The notes beneath the pieces were generated by a model that was not told the DNA's origin, did not search any database, and saw only the letters and a program-made list of their open reading frames with translations. DNA of 64,000 bases, taken from NCBI GenBank assembly GCA_051294905.1, contig CM119371.1, positions 28,336,001 through 28,400,000 on the forward strand. Direction: 5' to 3'. Numbering within the stretch: position 1 is the first letter of the stretch; every line of letters starts with the position of its first letter. This document shows positions 1 to 12,289 of this stretch, piece after piece. Source of the stretch: Botryllus schlosseri. Lineage: Eukaryota. The translations under genes and the position numbers were made by a program.

Positions 1-203
1 GCAAGGAATTGGTAATTGGAATATATCCTGTAATCAAATCAACATATGACATATTTTCTGATATGACGTATTTATGATTCTTCATCAAATCGGGTATTCG
101 AGCTGGAGCGGTAGCTCCTGAAAGCTTTTAAAATTGGAACAGGTCACCTGTCGCAAACTTTCGGTGAAATATCACGGGCTTATCAGTTATCACTGAATCC
201 GGA

Positions 204-482
204 ATGGCGGCGAGATAGCGCAGTGGTATAGTCCGCGGCTGCAACACCAATGGGTGCGGGTTCGAGTCCGACCGAGGTCGACTTCTGAATTCCGGTACCT
301 AAGTGTTGGAGGTTTACCTAGGCTCCTCCTCGCCACCTCATCCGCGTCAGCGGTGTCTTACAAAAGCCTAGAGGCGGGCCATGCTATAAGTCGGCAGTTA
401 CGGAAAATAAGAAGAATATCGGCCTGGTGTAAAGACCATAGTAGTCGACAAACACCATGAATACCCCAAAAGAAACAAACAA
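204..482 (+). mobile_element. tRNA-derived SINE
   Basis: Pol III A box (TAGCGCAGTGG) and B box (GGTTCGAGTCC) in the 5' head; 3' tail AAAGAAACAAACAAA; 12-bp direct repeat ACTGAATCCGGA at 192-203 and 483-494 (TSD). Confidence 0.85.
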
Positions 483-571
483 ACTGAATCCGGACAGCGT
501 CCGTTTCTCCTTTATCAGGTTCCATCATTTCTTAGAACAGATATATTCTACTCATAAATTTTGAACCAGGC

Positions 572-1033
572 TTTCTAGGGATTTTACCGACTGCTAAACT
601 AGCCCGTTGAATTAGTATATTTATTGATAGGCAGGATCAACATTGTCATATAACAATGGACTTTCCGGTACAGCTGAATAAATAGACGACCCTAAATTGC
701 CCAGACTGAATCGATTTTGCATTTTTAATGCGTATTTAGCTGCTTTATTTATCAAACGTTCAACCTGGCACAGCAGTTGCCTTCTAAACCTACACATATG
801 CTCTCAGCGCCCCTTACTGCCCAATTTTACAACCAGTGCCCCCAATCGCCTATTTTCTTGCCAGCGCCCCCTTCACGCTGGCGAACGCCCACAGGGGGTG
901 CTGGCGTTGCAAACCACTGAGTTAGGGCTGTCCGTCTATTTAATCAGATGTACAGGAAAAGTCCATCGTTACTTGACAATGTCGATCCTGCCCATCAATC
1001 GACTGATTTAGCAGTCGGCTGAATCCCTAGAAA
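572..1033. repeat. Imperfect ~120-bp inverted repeats (foldback/MITE-like) around a MITE fragment
   Basis: 572-695 (tttctagggat...ggcaggatcaacattgtca...gaccctaa) is the imperfect reverse complement of 921-1033. The spacer ends in a hAT-MITE-like terminus (ttgcaaaccactg). Confidence 0.55.
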
Positions 1034-2020
1034 TTGTGAAGTAGGAAGTATTTGAGCAGTTATTGCTCCCTGCGAGGTGTGATGACTTTCTAAAATAAGC
1101 TATGTCTTGCGGGATTTTAATCTCTGTTTCGGACGATCTTGGATTTTCCACAGTGCTGCGACCGTTGCCTTCGACACGGCGTTCCTAGTTGCGAGAAATG
1201 ACATAGCTTCTACTGGACGGGCATATTCACCAAAATTTATTAGCAAAATAGATCCGCGATGAAACCAGAGCAAGGTGAAAAGGCACTGTTCGCAATCAGT
1301 GATGAGTCAGTAATATATTAGCGAAAGTTCGCATGATGTGAACTGTTGTAATTCCCCAGCTTCCCAGAGCTACCGGTTCAGTTCGCAACCCAATTTTCAT
1401 AGAGAAGCATGAATAAATCATCTCGAAAAACTGTGTAAGGACATGGTGATTTGATTCCAGGATTCCAACCAATCGGAAATTCCTTACTCTATCATCAATC
1501 CATCGTGTAAAGTTTCCGATCATGAAATGATCAAGGACCGATGATTACATTTTAGAACTTTTATGAGTTCAAACCAAAGATCCGAACAATCGTTCTGGAT
1601 ATACAATCAAATCAAATAGTAATACTCTCACTGGAGTCGGGTTGACTTTTTTGTCGCTGTCCCTCCCACTCATATTTGAAAAGGTGTTTTCAGTGCCGTG
1701 GCAAAGTTTCTGACTCACTGCAAAAACTGACTTGACAGTACGGGACGTGGACAATGGAGATTTCAGAATGAAATTGTTCTTTCAAAACTCAAACCTCATA
1801 TGACGAGGAAGATGTTAATAATAATACACAAGCATCATCCGCTTCATTATTAACTGTAATAAATGAAGAACAAGTTTCGTTTTATTATTAGACGTTACGA
1901 GGGGATGTCGGGGGCGCTGGCACTTTTTTTGCTGTCCAGAGGGCGGTAGCTCAAAAAAGTTTGGGAAACACTGGTTCAGCAGATTAGTAAATATTAAGAA
2001 CCCCCTCTCTAAAAGGTATT

Positions 2021-2504
2021 TGTTTCTGCGCGGCAGTCTGAATCCCGCACTGCCGATTATAGGCGCAGAAGCCTGTCTGTGGGGTTATCTACAGATGCTA
2101 ATCGTTGTAATTCATACACATATTCCACGACTTTAATAACGCAATAACACGCTCAAGTCGGATTCAAAAAAAGATAGCTGACAAATAACGTAGCAACAGC
2201 AACATACAACTTGATGAAGATAGCAGGCACATAGTGCAGCAACAGCAACATACAACTTGATGAAGATAGCTGACACTTAGCCCAGCAACAGCAACATACG
2301 GCCGACGAACGTAACAGAATTAAGATTAACGTAAGCAAGGAACCAAAGTAAGATTTACATCTACTTTTGCGTCAACGTAAATACCTAATCAATGGTCGTT
2401 CGCAGACGCTTTATACAGCGGTTAAGAACAGCCTATCTGAAAAGGCTTGATTTCAAATGATTACTAAAATCGGGATTAACAAATGAAACGCGTAATCGAA
2501 AACG
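2021..2504 (-). repeat. 3' LTR (484 bp)
   Basis: Matches 3758-4194 but carries one extra ~46-bp unit (gcaacagcaacatacaacttgatgaagatag...). Confidence 0.8.
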
Positions 2505-3757
2505 CTCCCCCATTTGACTGATCCCAGTCGTCAGAATTATCAATGTAATACACGTTCCGATCACTCGAATCATTAGCATCCTCATATAGGCAAAGTGAAA
2601 CTGTACAAAACCAACATACAAGAAGCCACTGAGCCTCCGATCCAAAAGACACCAGCTCTACAAGCGACGAGAATGAATCACTTTTAAAATGGTAGAGTGG
2701 CGTTCGGCAGCTCTACAGGTGAGGAGAATAAATCATTTGGAAAAAATAAGGAAGCGGTCAGCAACTCTACCCTAGCGATAGGAATTGATCACTGTGAATT
2801 GGTAGAGCCGTTCAGCATCTTTACAAGCGACGAGAATAAGTCACTGTAAATAGGCGCAGAGAATCGAACGCGACTCGAACTTGGCAGTTTCACTAAGGCG
2901 CATGATGATGACTCTACATGTCGGATGAATCGTGTCACAATCTCGAAAATTCGGCACCATCGAAGAAGTCGAAATAATCATAGAGGCGTCCCCGCGACGT
3001 GCAATAGCTCAAAATGAAGGAAATGAATATTTAGGGAATCATAACAATATTTCAGGCTTCGCACGGTAGAAATTCTTCAAATAGCCGAATTCTCCTTTTG
3101 ATGCGAGGTATCTGACACAATTCCAGCAGATGATGTGCGTCAATACCATGAGGGGACGGCAGCGAGGGCAATACTGGAGGGACTGCGCAGAGAAATGAAT
3201 GTCGGTGCAAAGATTTGTTCCGTCTCAACCATCTGCTGCCATGAATCGCAGTCCGATTCATCGTCAGGTGGAGTTCTCGATCATCTCTCAGGCCGTTTCT
3301 GTTGCAAGGAAGTCACAAAACACACAATATACGTCTTTGTCGTTTCAAGCAACGGGCCAATCTTCCGCATCCAACGTTTATGCATCTCCGTCGGCAACTG
3401 TGGCTCAAGCACCCGAGTGAATATGGTCCCGGGTAATATCTGGAGAGAGAAGAATATACACTGCATGCAGTTGCGCTGCCATCTTTGCAATTATTCTGAA
3501 TGTGGCAGCCATGCAATCGATGCGACTTTTAGACGGACGAAGAATGCTGTAGACAAGATTAACGCGTTGTTGAAATACGGAAACTGAACCGACGAAATGA
3601 AACTGAGCTCCTGGTTTTCGAAACGGTGAGCATAGACTGTGGAAATATCGCAATCGCCCGTTCCGTCTAAGAGGAAAACGCCCTCCTAACTGTAGAGAAC
3701 ACTGGATGGAAATCTTCAATCGGAGAATTGATTTTAGCTTGCAAATTAATTGTAAAT

Positions 3758-4194
3758 TGCTTCTGCGCGGCAGTCTGAATCCTGCACTGCCGATTATAGG
3801 CGCAGAAGCCTGTCCATGGAGTTATCTACGGATGCTGATCGTTGTAATTCATACAGGTATTCCATGACTTTAATAACGCAATAACACGCTCAAGTCGGAT
3901 TCGAATGAAGATAGCTGACAAATAGTGTGGCAACAGCAACATACAACTTGATGAAGATAGCTGACACTTGTACAGCAACAGCAACATACGGCCGACGAAC
4001 GTAACACAATTAACATAAACGTAAGCAAGGAACCAAAGAAAGATTTACAATTAATTTCGCATCAACGTAAATAACAAACAAATGGTGGTTCGCAGACGCT
4101 ATATATAGCGGTTAAGAACAGCATATCTGAAAGGGCTTGATTACAAATGATTACTAAAATCGGGATTAACAAATGAAATGCGTAATCGAAAACA
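3758..4194 (-). repeat. 5' LTR (437 bp)
   Basis: TG...CA termini; direct-repeat partner of 2021-2504. Confidence 0.8.
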
Positions 4195-5197
4195 GTATTG
4201 AATGCACTCTGATTTTCATTACAATGCTCGCGATCTTAGGTCCTTACGAAGCGGTTATTCACTAATAACTTAGTATTGCTTTCGCCATTAGCTATTTCGG
4301 CTCGTTCATGAAACGTGTAATGTCATTTTGTACCAGATGTATAACAACTAGTAATGAAATTATAGGTAGATCGACTGATTTTAGCTGTGTAAGTGAATTT
4401 GAAGTGCTGAAGTGATATTCACGATAATCGGATTTAGTTGTCAAAACTGCAACCGAAAAGAGCCTAGCTGGTCGCAAATAAATATTTTTGGGAAAATCCT
4501 GAGGACCAGTGGTCTAGAACAGTGCTTCTGAACTGGTGGACGATCTTAAGACGATCTTGATGTTATACTTTCGTATTCAATTTTCCAAATTTTCCAATCA
4601 CTTTATATTGTCAAGATTGGAAGAGTAAATGCACATTTCTCTCCTCCCAATTAAGTTGTTTTGTGCCCATAAGCGGCACAAGCCACGTCGTGCTCACAAT
4701 AATTCGTGAGTCAGATTTTCGTCACATTCATATTGATTGCAGCGTCTAATCCGACAATGCGTATTGTGTATGATAAGATTTCCTCCAATGGCTTTGCAAA
4801 CGTTGCTCGAGAAATGCAGCACTCCAGCCCGATTTTTATGTTGAGTATTGGCGATGATGTGGTAGTATACGCATCAATCATTCGGTACTACGCATCCCTC
4901 CATGGTTACCGTTTACTTTAGAATTGCCGAATCATTACATAAAAAGCACCAAGTTTAAGTGGTAGGCCTACACCAAATTTCGCTACACTACAACATGATG
5001 CAGAAACCAACAAAATTTCAATCATTTACTAACCATATAAAGGTCTCAATGCAGCAATTTAAGCCTGACAAATGACTAAACTACAATTATCGTGTTAAGA
5101 ACATGAGGCCGAAGGGAATAAGCATCAGAGCAGTGGTTCCCAACCTTATTCCACCCACGTACCACTTCGAGGTTTTATGCAGTGCTCGCGTACCACC

Positions 5198-5511
5198 TAG
5201 GCTTACCATACGTCCTCTTTGAAGAGGATTTGTCCTCTTTTTTGACTTTTTTGAAAGTGTCCTCGGAGGACGCCCTTTTGTCCTCTTTTTTGAGATTTTG
5301 TCCTCTTTTTTGAAAATTGAGGTCAGATTTAGAGGAAATTGCGAGTATTTTGAGCTCTGAGCGGAAGTGATGACCTTTTTTTTTTTTTTTAGTCAACCGA
5401 TCACGAAGTGGGAAAAATTTACCGGTTTTTGAGAATTTTTCTCCGGTTTTGCATGTCTGAACTTTCTGAAAAAGTGTCATCTTTTTAGATTTCTAAAATA
5501 TGGTAAGCCTA
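5198..5511. mobile_element. Nested hAT MITE (TAGGCTTACCATA termini)
   Basis: TIR TAGGCTTACCATA...TATGGTAAGCCTA; decayed TSD gtaccacc/gaaccaca; same family as 17938-18326. Confidence 0.75.
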
Positions 5512-5611
5512 GAACCACATGCATAGGTTACACGCGCCGTAGGTTGTCAAAAATGTTTTCGCAATTTATGTTGTCATAATCACGTGTTTGATATATGTAG
5601 GGTGTAATAAC

Positions 5612-6420
5612 TAGGGAGATGTTTTACCTAAAAACGGAGGAATTTGACTTTGACCAAGTTTTGACCTCACGTATGCAAATTAGGTGTTTTCGCACATAAT
5701 CATGAAATTGTACTACTTATATTCATTTTTTGTTGGGACTATCTGTCCTTACGAAGTCGTCTGGCATGAAAAAGCGTTTTTGACTTAAAAAACAGACAAA
5801 TTTCTACATGAAAAAACTTTATTTTAACGATATCTAGCCCTATGAATAATTCCAGTAGCTACATCACGTATTATGGTAGAGTTGATTAAAATGTGTTGTT
5901 GTACAACGAAAGATACTTTCCTACATTCTCGGATAGAAAGTGTCTGTCCTTACTGAGTAGCTGGCCAAGAATGTAGAAAGCGCGCTCAACAGCAGCAGTT
6001 GTTGGCTGAAGATGTGCGTACACTGCTGGCGACAAACCATGTTGCTTTATTCTGACAATATTTTCTGCGTCACAATTGTACATCATGCGCTTCTTGATAT
6101 TAGAACCATGCAATGCGCAAGCAGTCTTGATGCAGTTGGGATGTTGCGGTACGTTGACCATAACACCATATCAATTGTCAACCTATTTGTTTCATTTGTC
6201 CGTGTATTATTCATGAGCAGACAATGGGCCGTCTACAACGGTAGGCCTATAAGTAGGCTACAAGATATAAAATATCAAATGATAAGTTCACCGACAGTGC
6301 AAAATCTACATCTACAACATTTTTTTAATTTTGTAAACAATTTTGACAACTTCCTTACCTAACGCTTCAATTTTGACAAAATTTTGACCCATTTCGACAT
6401 GTAAAAACAAAATCGCCCTG
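5612..6420. mobile_element. Nested hAT deletion derivative with transposase C-terminal remnant
   Basis: Perfect 8-bp TSD GTAATAAC (5604-5611, 6421-6428); imperfect TIR TAGGGAGAT.../...ATCGCCCTG. The minus-strand frame 5886-6161 encodes QPTTAAVERAFYILGQLLSKDRHF, resembling the hAT dimerisation motif (PxSxxxERxF). Confidence 0.75.
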
Positions 6421-6730
6421 GTAATAACAAATTCTGTTAAACTAGGCATTATCATAACCGATGGGATGCGTGGAATTGTTTTTTCACCAGTAGTCAAAAA
6501 ACTTCAAAAAATTCAAAATCAACTCCGCCTGAACTAATAACTCCCTACGGTAGAACAAAAACAGAATCTACTCGCGTACCACCTAGAAGACCTCCGCGTA
6601 CCACAGGTTGGGAACCACTGCATCAGAGTATTGAGCGCAGAAAATCACTGACAACAATTGTTACGTCTGAGCGTCGCAAACATTGTCGTTATAATCAGCA
6701 AACCACTGCCGCAATCAAGCTACTCATAAC

Positions 6731-7698
6731 TAGGAATGGTAGGAACGTGAGGTTCACGTACGCGTGCTGTGTGTGAACCTCAGAAATTTAGAGGTTCAGG
6801 TTCGAAAACGAACCTTGGTAGGTTCTGCACTGTGAACGTTTTTCATATATTACAATTTCCACTTCATTATAACATCTTTGTATGAAATCTATTGCATTTC
6901 AACTGCGGTCCACTCTATGCATGGCGCAGGCAGCATAAAATATCAACACCAAACGAGCATCCACCTTGATAATCTCGAAACTTTTACTTGCTTTGTTACA
7001 AAAGTTTGCTCGAAATATCCAGCTTTCCGTTTGTGAATATTTAGTGACTCTCTGCTGTGAGATGGACCTGCGCTATCACACAACATCAAAAGCGAAACAC
7101 ACGACATGTAGCCAGCGAATGATGCTTATTCAATCAACCAATGAAATTGATATTGTTGTCTGATGTAAAAAATCTAGAAAGCGTGCTGGGTCAATCTTGA
7201 CTTCATATGATTATTGTATCATAAACACCAAATCCATGCGATTGGGGTGCTTTATAACTTGTTAATGGGGTAATATCGGTAATAAGTAAAGAAACCCGTT
7301 TTGCACTCTGCTCAATATCAACATAGCAATACATTGTCCGGTCCGGCCTAGGCCGTTAAGGCGTAAGCTTATATTCCCTTGCGAGTCCTCGTCGAAATCG
7401 TTGGCAAAGCGACGGACGATATTGATTTTATTATAGCATTTGATTGCCCCGCAGTTGATACATTTGGCCACGTATAAAATATCAATACGTACTTCAGCAT
7501 TGTGGCATTATGTGTCCGATTTGTTGCTTGGTATTGTGTACATTGATATAAGCTATCACATCACTGAAATGTAGGGTTTGAATTAGCAATATTACGTCAC
7601 GTGACTTAATGAGGTTCACGTTCGCGTTCACACAGAACCTTTCAAATAGGTTCGCGTTCACACGAACCTGAACCTTTCAGAGGTTCACGCCTTCCCTA
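6731..7698. mobile_element. hAT MITE with GAACCT/AGGTTC subterminal repeats
   Basis: 8-bp TSD CTCATAAC (6723-6730, 7699-7706); imperfect TIR TAGGAATGG/CCTTCCCTA; clustered GAACC/GGTTC motifs at both ends. Confidence 0.8.
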
Positions 7699-8164
7699 CT
7701 CATAACCCATTTGTGTTCGACGCAATAGACGATTGTTGATTCGATACGCACTTTCCCGCCGATATTCCTATTATGATTCTGAATCTGACGACTTAGAGCA
7801 CGGTCCACTTCCAGGCCTTTTTAAAACACCGCTTCAGCAGATGTGATGGCGAGGAGCCTAGATAAGCCTTTCACGTCTGTAATCTACATACACATACATG
7901 CACGACCTTAACTGTCTCACCCGAACCCCCAAGTGGTGCATCGAGCTCGAAGAGGGGACAAAATTATCTCATGAATCAACATAATTGATGGAGTACTTGT
8001 TTGGAGAATTATTGAACTTCCTTCAAATTTTCTTCGCGCCGTGCATGACTTTATATCGTTAGATGTATTGGTTTCAATAGGGATACCCATCCCCATAATA
8101 TAGTAATACGCTTTGTCTGAGGCACCATATTGTCAGCAGCAGTAGGATTTTCAAGGTGAAAAAG

Positions 8165-11148
8165 TAACACATTCGGATACGATTCAACCTCACTTGCACC
8201 GCGAGTTTGATTTCAAGTCGGTAAATTAACACATTTATTGAATATTTTTATGATTCTAATGACACAACTAGAGTCAACCACTATTCCGGAAGTGGGAAAA
8301 CATGTAGCGATCGCGTAAATAATCCGGAAACGGAGCTGAAAGTTGTTCAAGTCGAGTAATATTCCGTTACAAAAGTATTCGACTCCTAAAAAGATTAGAG
8401 GTAGGACAGAAAGTGACAATTTGTTGGTATTCAAGTCACCACTGTTTTTCGTTGCTTAATATAATTCTTATTATTATTATATCTCGTCGGTGAAAGCGGT
8501 TCTGCGACAAACTAATTACTAAAATATCACCTTACGAGCGATCGGTATATCTGTAACACCAAATCACGAGAGATCGCTATGTCTAAGGCGTTATCTTGTC
8601 AGCGATCGCGGGATTTGCAACCTATTTCACACCTATCGGAGTAAGCGTTATTTCGGAACGCACCTATACCTGAAAACGTTATCTCGTCACCGCACTCATC
8701 TAAATAAGGATACTAGTGTCACACTCACCGTAAATGTTAGGATTGACTCGAATCGGTCATATATCACAATCTGGAATATACACGCTGAGTGAGAACTAAT
8801 CACGTGACTGCTTCCTACAGTTGATGAATATCCAACAAAACCATACCGGCGTTGCCTATACATAAATCACGAATCGCCACCCCACCCGTAAGAATCCTAA
8901 GGTCACTTCACCAGAGATCGCTGTATACCTGAACATCATCTCCACACACCACAACTAAAAGGGCACCCTCAACAACACACACCTTCTGTACGAGAGTCAC
9001 TTCCGCGGAGATCCTTATACCTGAAAGTGTACCAACACACAATGCCTGGAAGGGTGCCATCACCGCTTTACCAACACGAGTTTCGTTGTAGGTCATCACC
9101 AACAGACATGGGGTGATTACTTCATGAATGTAATCGATTGCGATTACGATTACGATTACAGCAAAATCCGCAAATAGTCGATAACGATTACGATTACATT
9201 TGCAAATTAATCACAATTACTCACGATTACATTTATTCTGCTTCTTAGATCTAATGTTATAGAAAATATATTGGAAGACAATATAAGGATTGCGATGAAA
9301 AGGCAATGAGATATAACTTTCTATATATATACGAGGCGTCATTTGCTTGTTACGTCATAATGTACCTATTACCCAACTTTATAGGGGACGATTTATCGCA
9401 CCCACCGGTTTGCATTCTTTCCACGTCCGTAACTGCCGCGCCACAAACTTCCCATTAGGCTGGGGAGCGAGTTCGAATGGGACTCAAAAGTATTTCGTAA
9501 ATCAACATAATTTTCTATTTTCGAGAGATTTAATTAACTTGAAAATTTTATTCGAGCTTCACAATTTAATGTCTCTACTATAGAATGTTCATATTCTATA
9601 GTCTCTACTCTCTATACATATACAACTTGATTTTTAAATGCATACGTCCCCACCTAAGGAAGAAAAACAGGTCTAATACATTGGCATAGGCATTTCGGTG
9701 CCGGCCATTACCGCGCCACGACACACCAAAATACATAGCCTAAGCAGCTTCAGCCAACATGCGACTCCACGAATTGTGCTACGCCGAAACTTTGAGTAAG
9801 TGTTCATTGTCAATAGCCGCGACGGACGGGCGTGACGAATAGTCCTGTCCTTTCAATCTGAGACCCACAATTCAAATGCCACCCGGGCACCCACATGATG
9901 ACAGGCATGACATAAAGACATGATGATTTGTGTGTGAGTAATAAAGTTTGTGTAAATAAAGTAATTACAACAACATGTCAGATATTATAATTGTGAATTA
10001 CGTGCTCCTAGCTCTACCGGTAGATCTGAACATCGGGGACTGGGAGACGATTAAAAATGAATAGTAATATAATGCAATCACCGATATTAGGGACGAAATC
10101 AGTCATCAACCTGAAAATTGATAACCCTATGGCCTATGGGGGACCAATACCTACGATTGGAGTGGGGGATAAATAGCTGAGGTTTTGGTCCTGAATCCAG
10201 CTACAATCCACGCTAACGTGGTGTATAAGCGGATGGTATGGTGACAGCTCCGAATGTTCAGTAAGGAATTACGAGAAAACGATTGGCGCCCCTGCAGTCA
10301 TATGAGAAAGAGTCATCCAACGGGAACATAAAATTTTGCCTTCCACTTAACAGATACTGCAAGCTGCCATTACGAGAAAAGGCAATGAACGGCTCGGTTA
10401 TGATATATATCATCAGCTGTTAGTTTTTAATGCTTAATTGTGGAAATCGTAATGTTTCATTTGACGAGTTCAAAAATTCGCATCTTTGTCGGGTGTACGT
10501 ACGCATACCGCTGCTCGCCAAGCAAGAACGGTCAAACTGCGTTTAACTAAGCATAACCAAACAACATTACATATGTTACTATATGAAATTAGGCAAAGCT
10601 GTGACTATTTTCCTGCTCCGATGAGTGGCGTCTGCAGGGCGGGCGTTCTTACAACCACACTACTAAGTACATGTACTTGTACAATTGTACATCGAATATA
10701 AATTTACTATGCGTCGAAGTGGATACTTGTTACACAATGACGAGCAAAGCTAATACTTCTGACGTAATAATGAGCAGTGGCGTTTGAAAATCAGACGCTG
10801 GTGCTATCAATAAACCTCCTATATTATCTCTTTCTTGTTCAAATGTTCAGTTTATATCATAGTCATATACAAATAAAAAGAAATCGTTCTTTCACAAAGA
10901 AATCGATTAGATATGTGAAGTATAGTCGATTACGATTATTAATCGCGATTGCCCCATGTCTGATCACCAACAGCCTACACCTGAAAAGGTATCATCACCA
11001 GAGATCCCATAAGAAGCCATATTAGTTCACCAGCGATTGGGGTGTAAAAAGGTAGGGTCACCAGCACGGGTTCTCGCGTTAGTTCACCAGGGGGCTCATA
11101 GGAACCATACACACCATGCACACCTCACGGCCGATCTACTGCACTACT
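8165..11148 (+). mobile_element. Diverged relic of a Polinton-like right terminus (interrupted by MITE 9103-10962)
   Basis: 8165-8647 aligns by eye to 52524-52865 (e.g. gacaaactaattac...gagcgatcggta(t/g)atctgtaacaccaaatca). It ends in ...GCACTACT at 11148, preceded by sequence resembling the 53765-53825 terminus. No left end was found. Confidence 0.75.
9103..10962. mobile_element. hAT non-autonomous element, GATTAC-repeat family, copy 1
   Basis: TIR CAGACATGGGG...CCCCATGTCTG; perfect 8-bp TSD ATCACCAA (9095-9102, 10963-10970); subterminal CGATTA arrays. Confidence 0.9.
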
Positions 11149-11449
11149 TACGATGGATTTTTGGATGCGACCAAAATTTTTCCCAGATTTTTCTTTAATT
11201 TAAGACAACATCAAAATTAGGGAGCAGTTCTCCTTAAGTAGTGAGTAGTGCAAGGGCGGAAAAAACATGTGCCCAACAAAAAAGGAGGAAGTACTTCCCT
11301 GCTGACCACCTCTGTAGTTGAATATTAGATTTGCACCTACGGTAAAATGCTGTAGTCGATTGGTTTCTTATTAAGAATACGTCTGATCTCACAGAAATCA
11401 GAACTCATACTCGACAGAATCTGCTGGCTCAGTGATTTGATATACTGTG

Positions 11450-12289
11450 AGCGACTTTTCGCGCCCGAATTTATCGAAATACCAGATGGACTTCTCTACG
11501 TAACGCTTCACAATTTAAAGGAGCTTTCAAAGACAAATATTGAAACGGTCAGTTTCAGTGATTTGTATTGGCTGGATTCATGATCATAGGTAGAAGTGTT
11601 CACTGTCTCATAGATCCAGATGAACAAGATATTACTCAATTGCACAGAAGAGGAAAACATCGATTGGTTGTGGATCGACGATTTCGTCCAAAAATACCAG
11701 GTCAAATTCATCGGCATATGGAATTCTCGATATTAAAATTTATTTTCATCAAGGTTAAACGAATGGATATTGTAGTGAATGGTGAGAATTCCACAGAAGA
11801 TGTCGATAATACTTCAAACAGTCAGCTCCCCATGTTTGGCGCTCGCGTCAACATTCATTGGATGTTCAGATTTTACAACTCAGGTGACGTTAACCGTGTG
11901 CTCGATGTTTGTCAGCAAAATAAGGTGATGTTATCCGTATTGGGTATCGCTTTTATGCTTATTCTTTGAAGTCCGTGTAACTCCACAGATGAAATCCGTC
12001 AGATGCGTGGTTGAATATGATCTATCACTAGACGACATTTTTCGTCTCGTCAAGACTTTGCAGAAACTGACGCTTATATACTTCCATGAAAGACATGAGT
12101 TGAGTGTAGAAGAATTAAGAACGCTCAAAAGGATTCCAGGATATCTTGATAGTCAGCTGGACGTTTTATGCGGTGAGTCATCCGTTCGTAGTCGCTGTTT
12201 TTCAATGGAATATATATACTGTTGTATTTTTAAAGAATGCGCAGACGTGTCAAATGTATTCAGTATTTCCACTGACGTCGAAATAGAAA
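11450..12289 (+). pseudogene. Possible decayed coding sequence, interrupted at 12290 and possibly resuming at 14372
   Basis: Successive overlapping open frames (11568-11969, 11989-12289) with protein-like composition, broken by stops and frameshifts. No family recognised. Confidence 0.25.

Larger units (their letters stand above)
2021..4194 (-). mobile_element. Small non-autonomous LTR retroelement (TRIM-like)
   Basis: Direct repeats at 2021-2504 and 3758-4194; outer termini TG...CA; 5-bp TSD GTATT (2016-2020, 4195-4199); purine tract GGGGGAG on the minus strand abutting the left LTR (2505-2511). No recognisable gag or pol. Confidence 0.8.
5131..6620. mobile_element. hAT (Charlie-like) non-autonomous element containing two nested insertions
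   Basis: TIR CAGTGGTTCCCAACC...GGTTGGGAACCACTG; perfect 8-bp TSD CATCAGAG (5123-5130, 6621-6628). A related copy lies in the opposite orientation at 31182-32117. Confidence 0.9.

Noticed and set aside
204..280. Functional tRNA gene
   Set aside because: A and B boxes are present but no convincing acceptor stem or oligo-T terminator; it continues into a SINE body with a tail and TSD.
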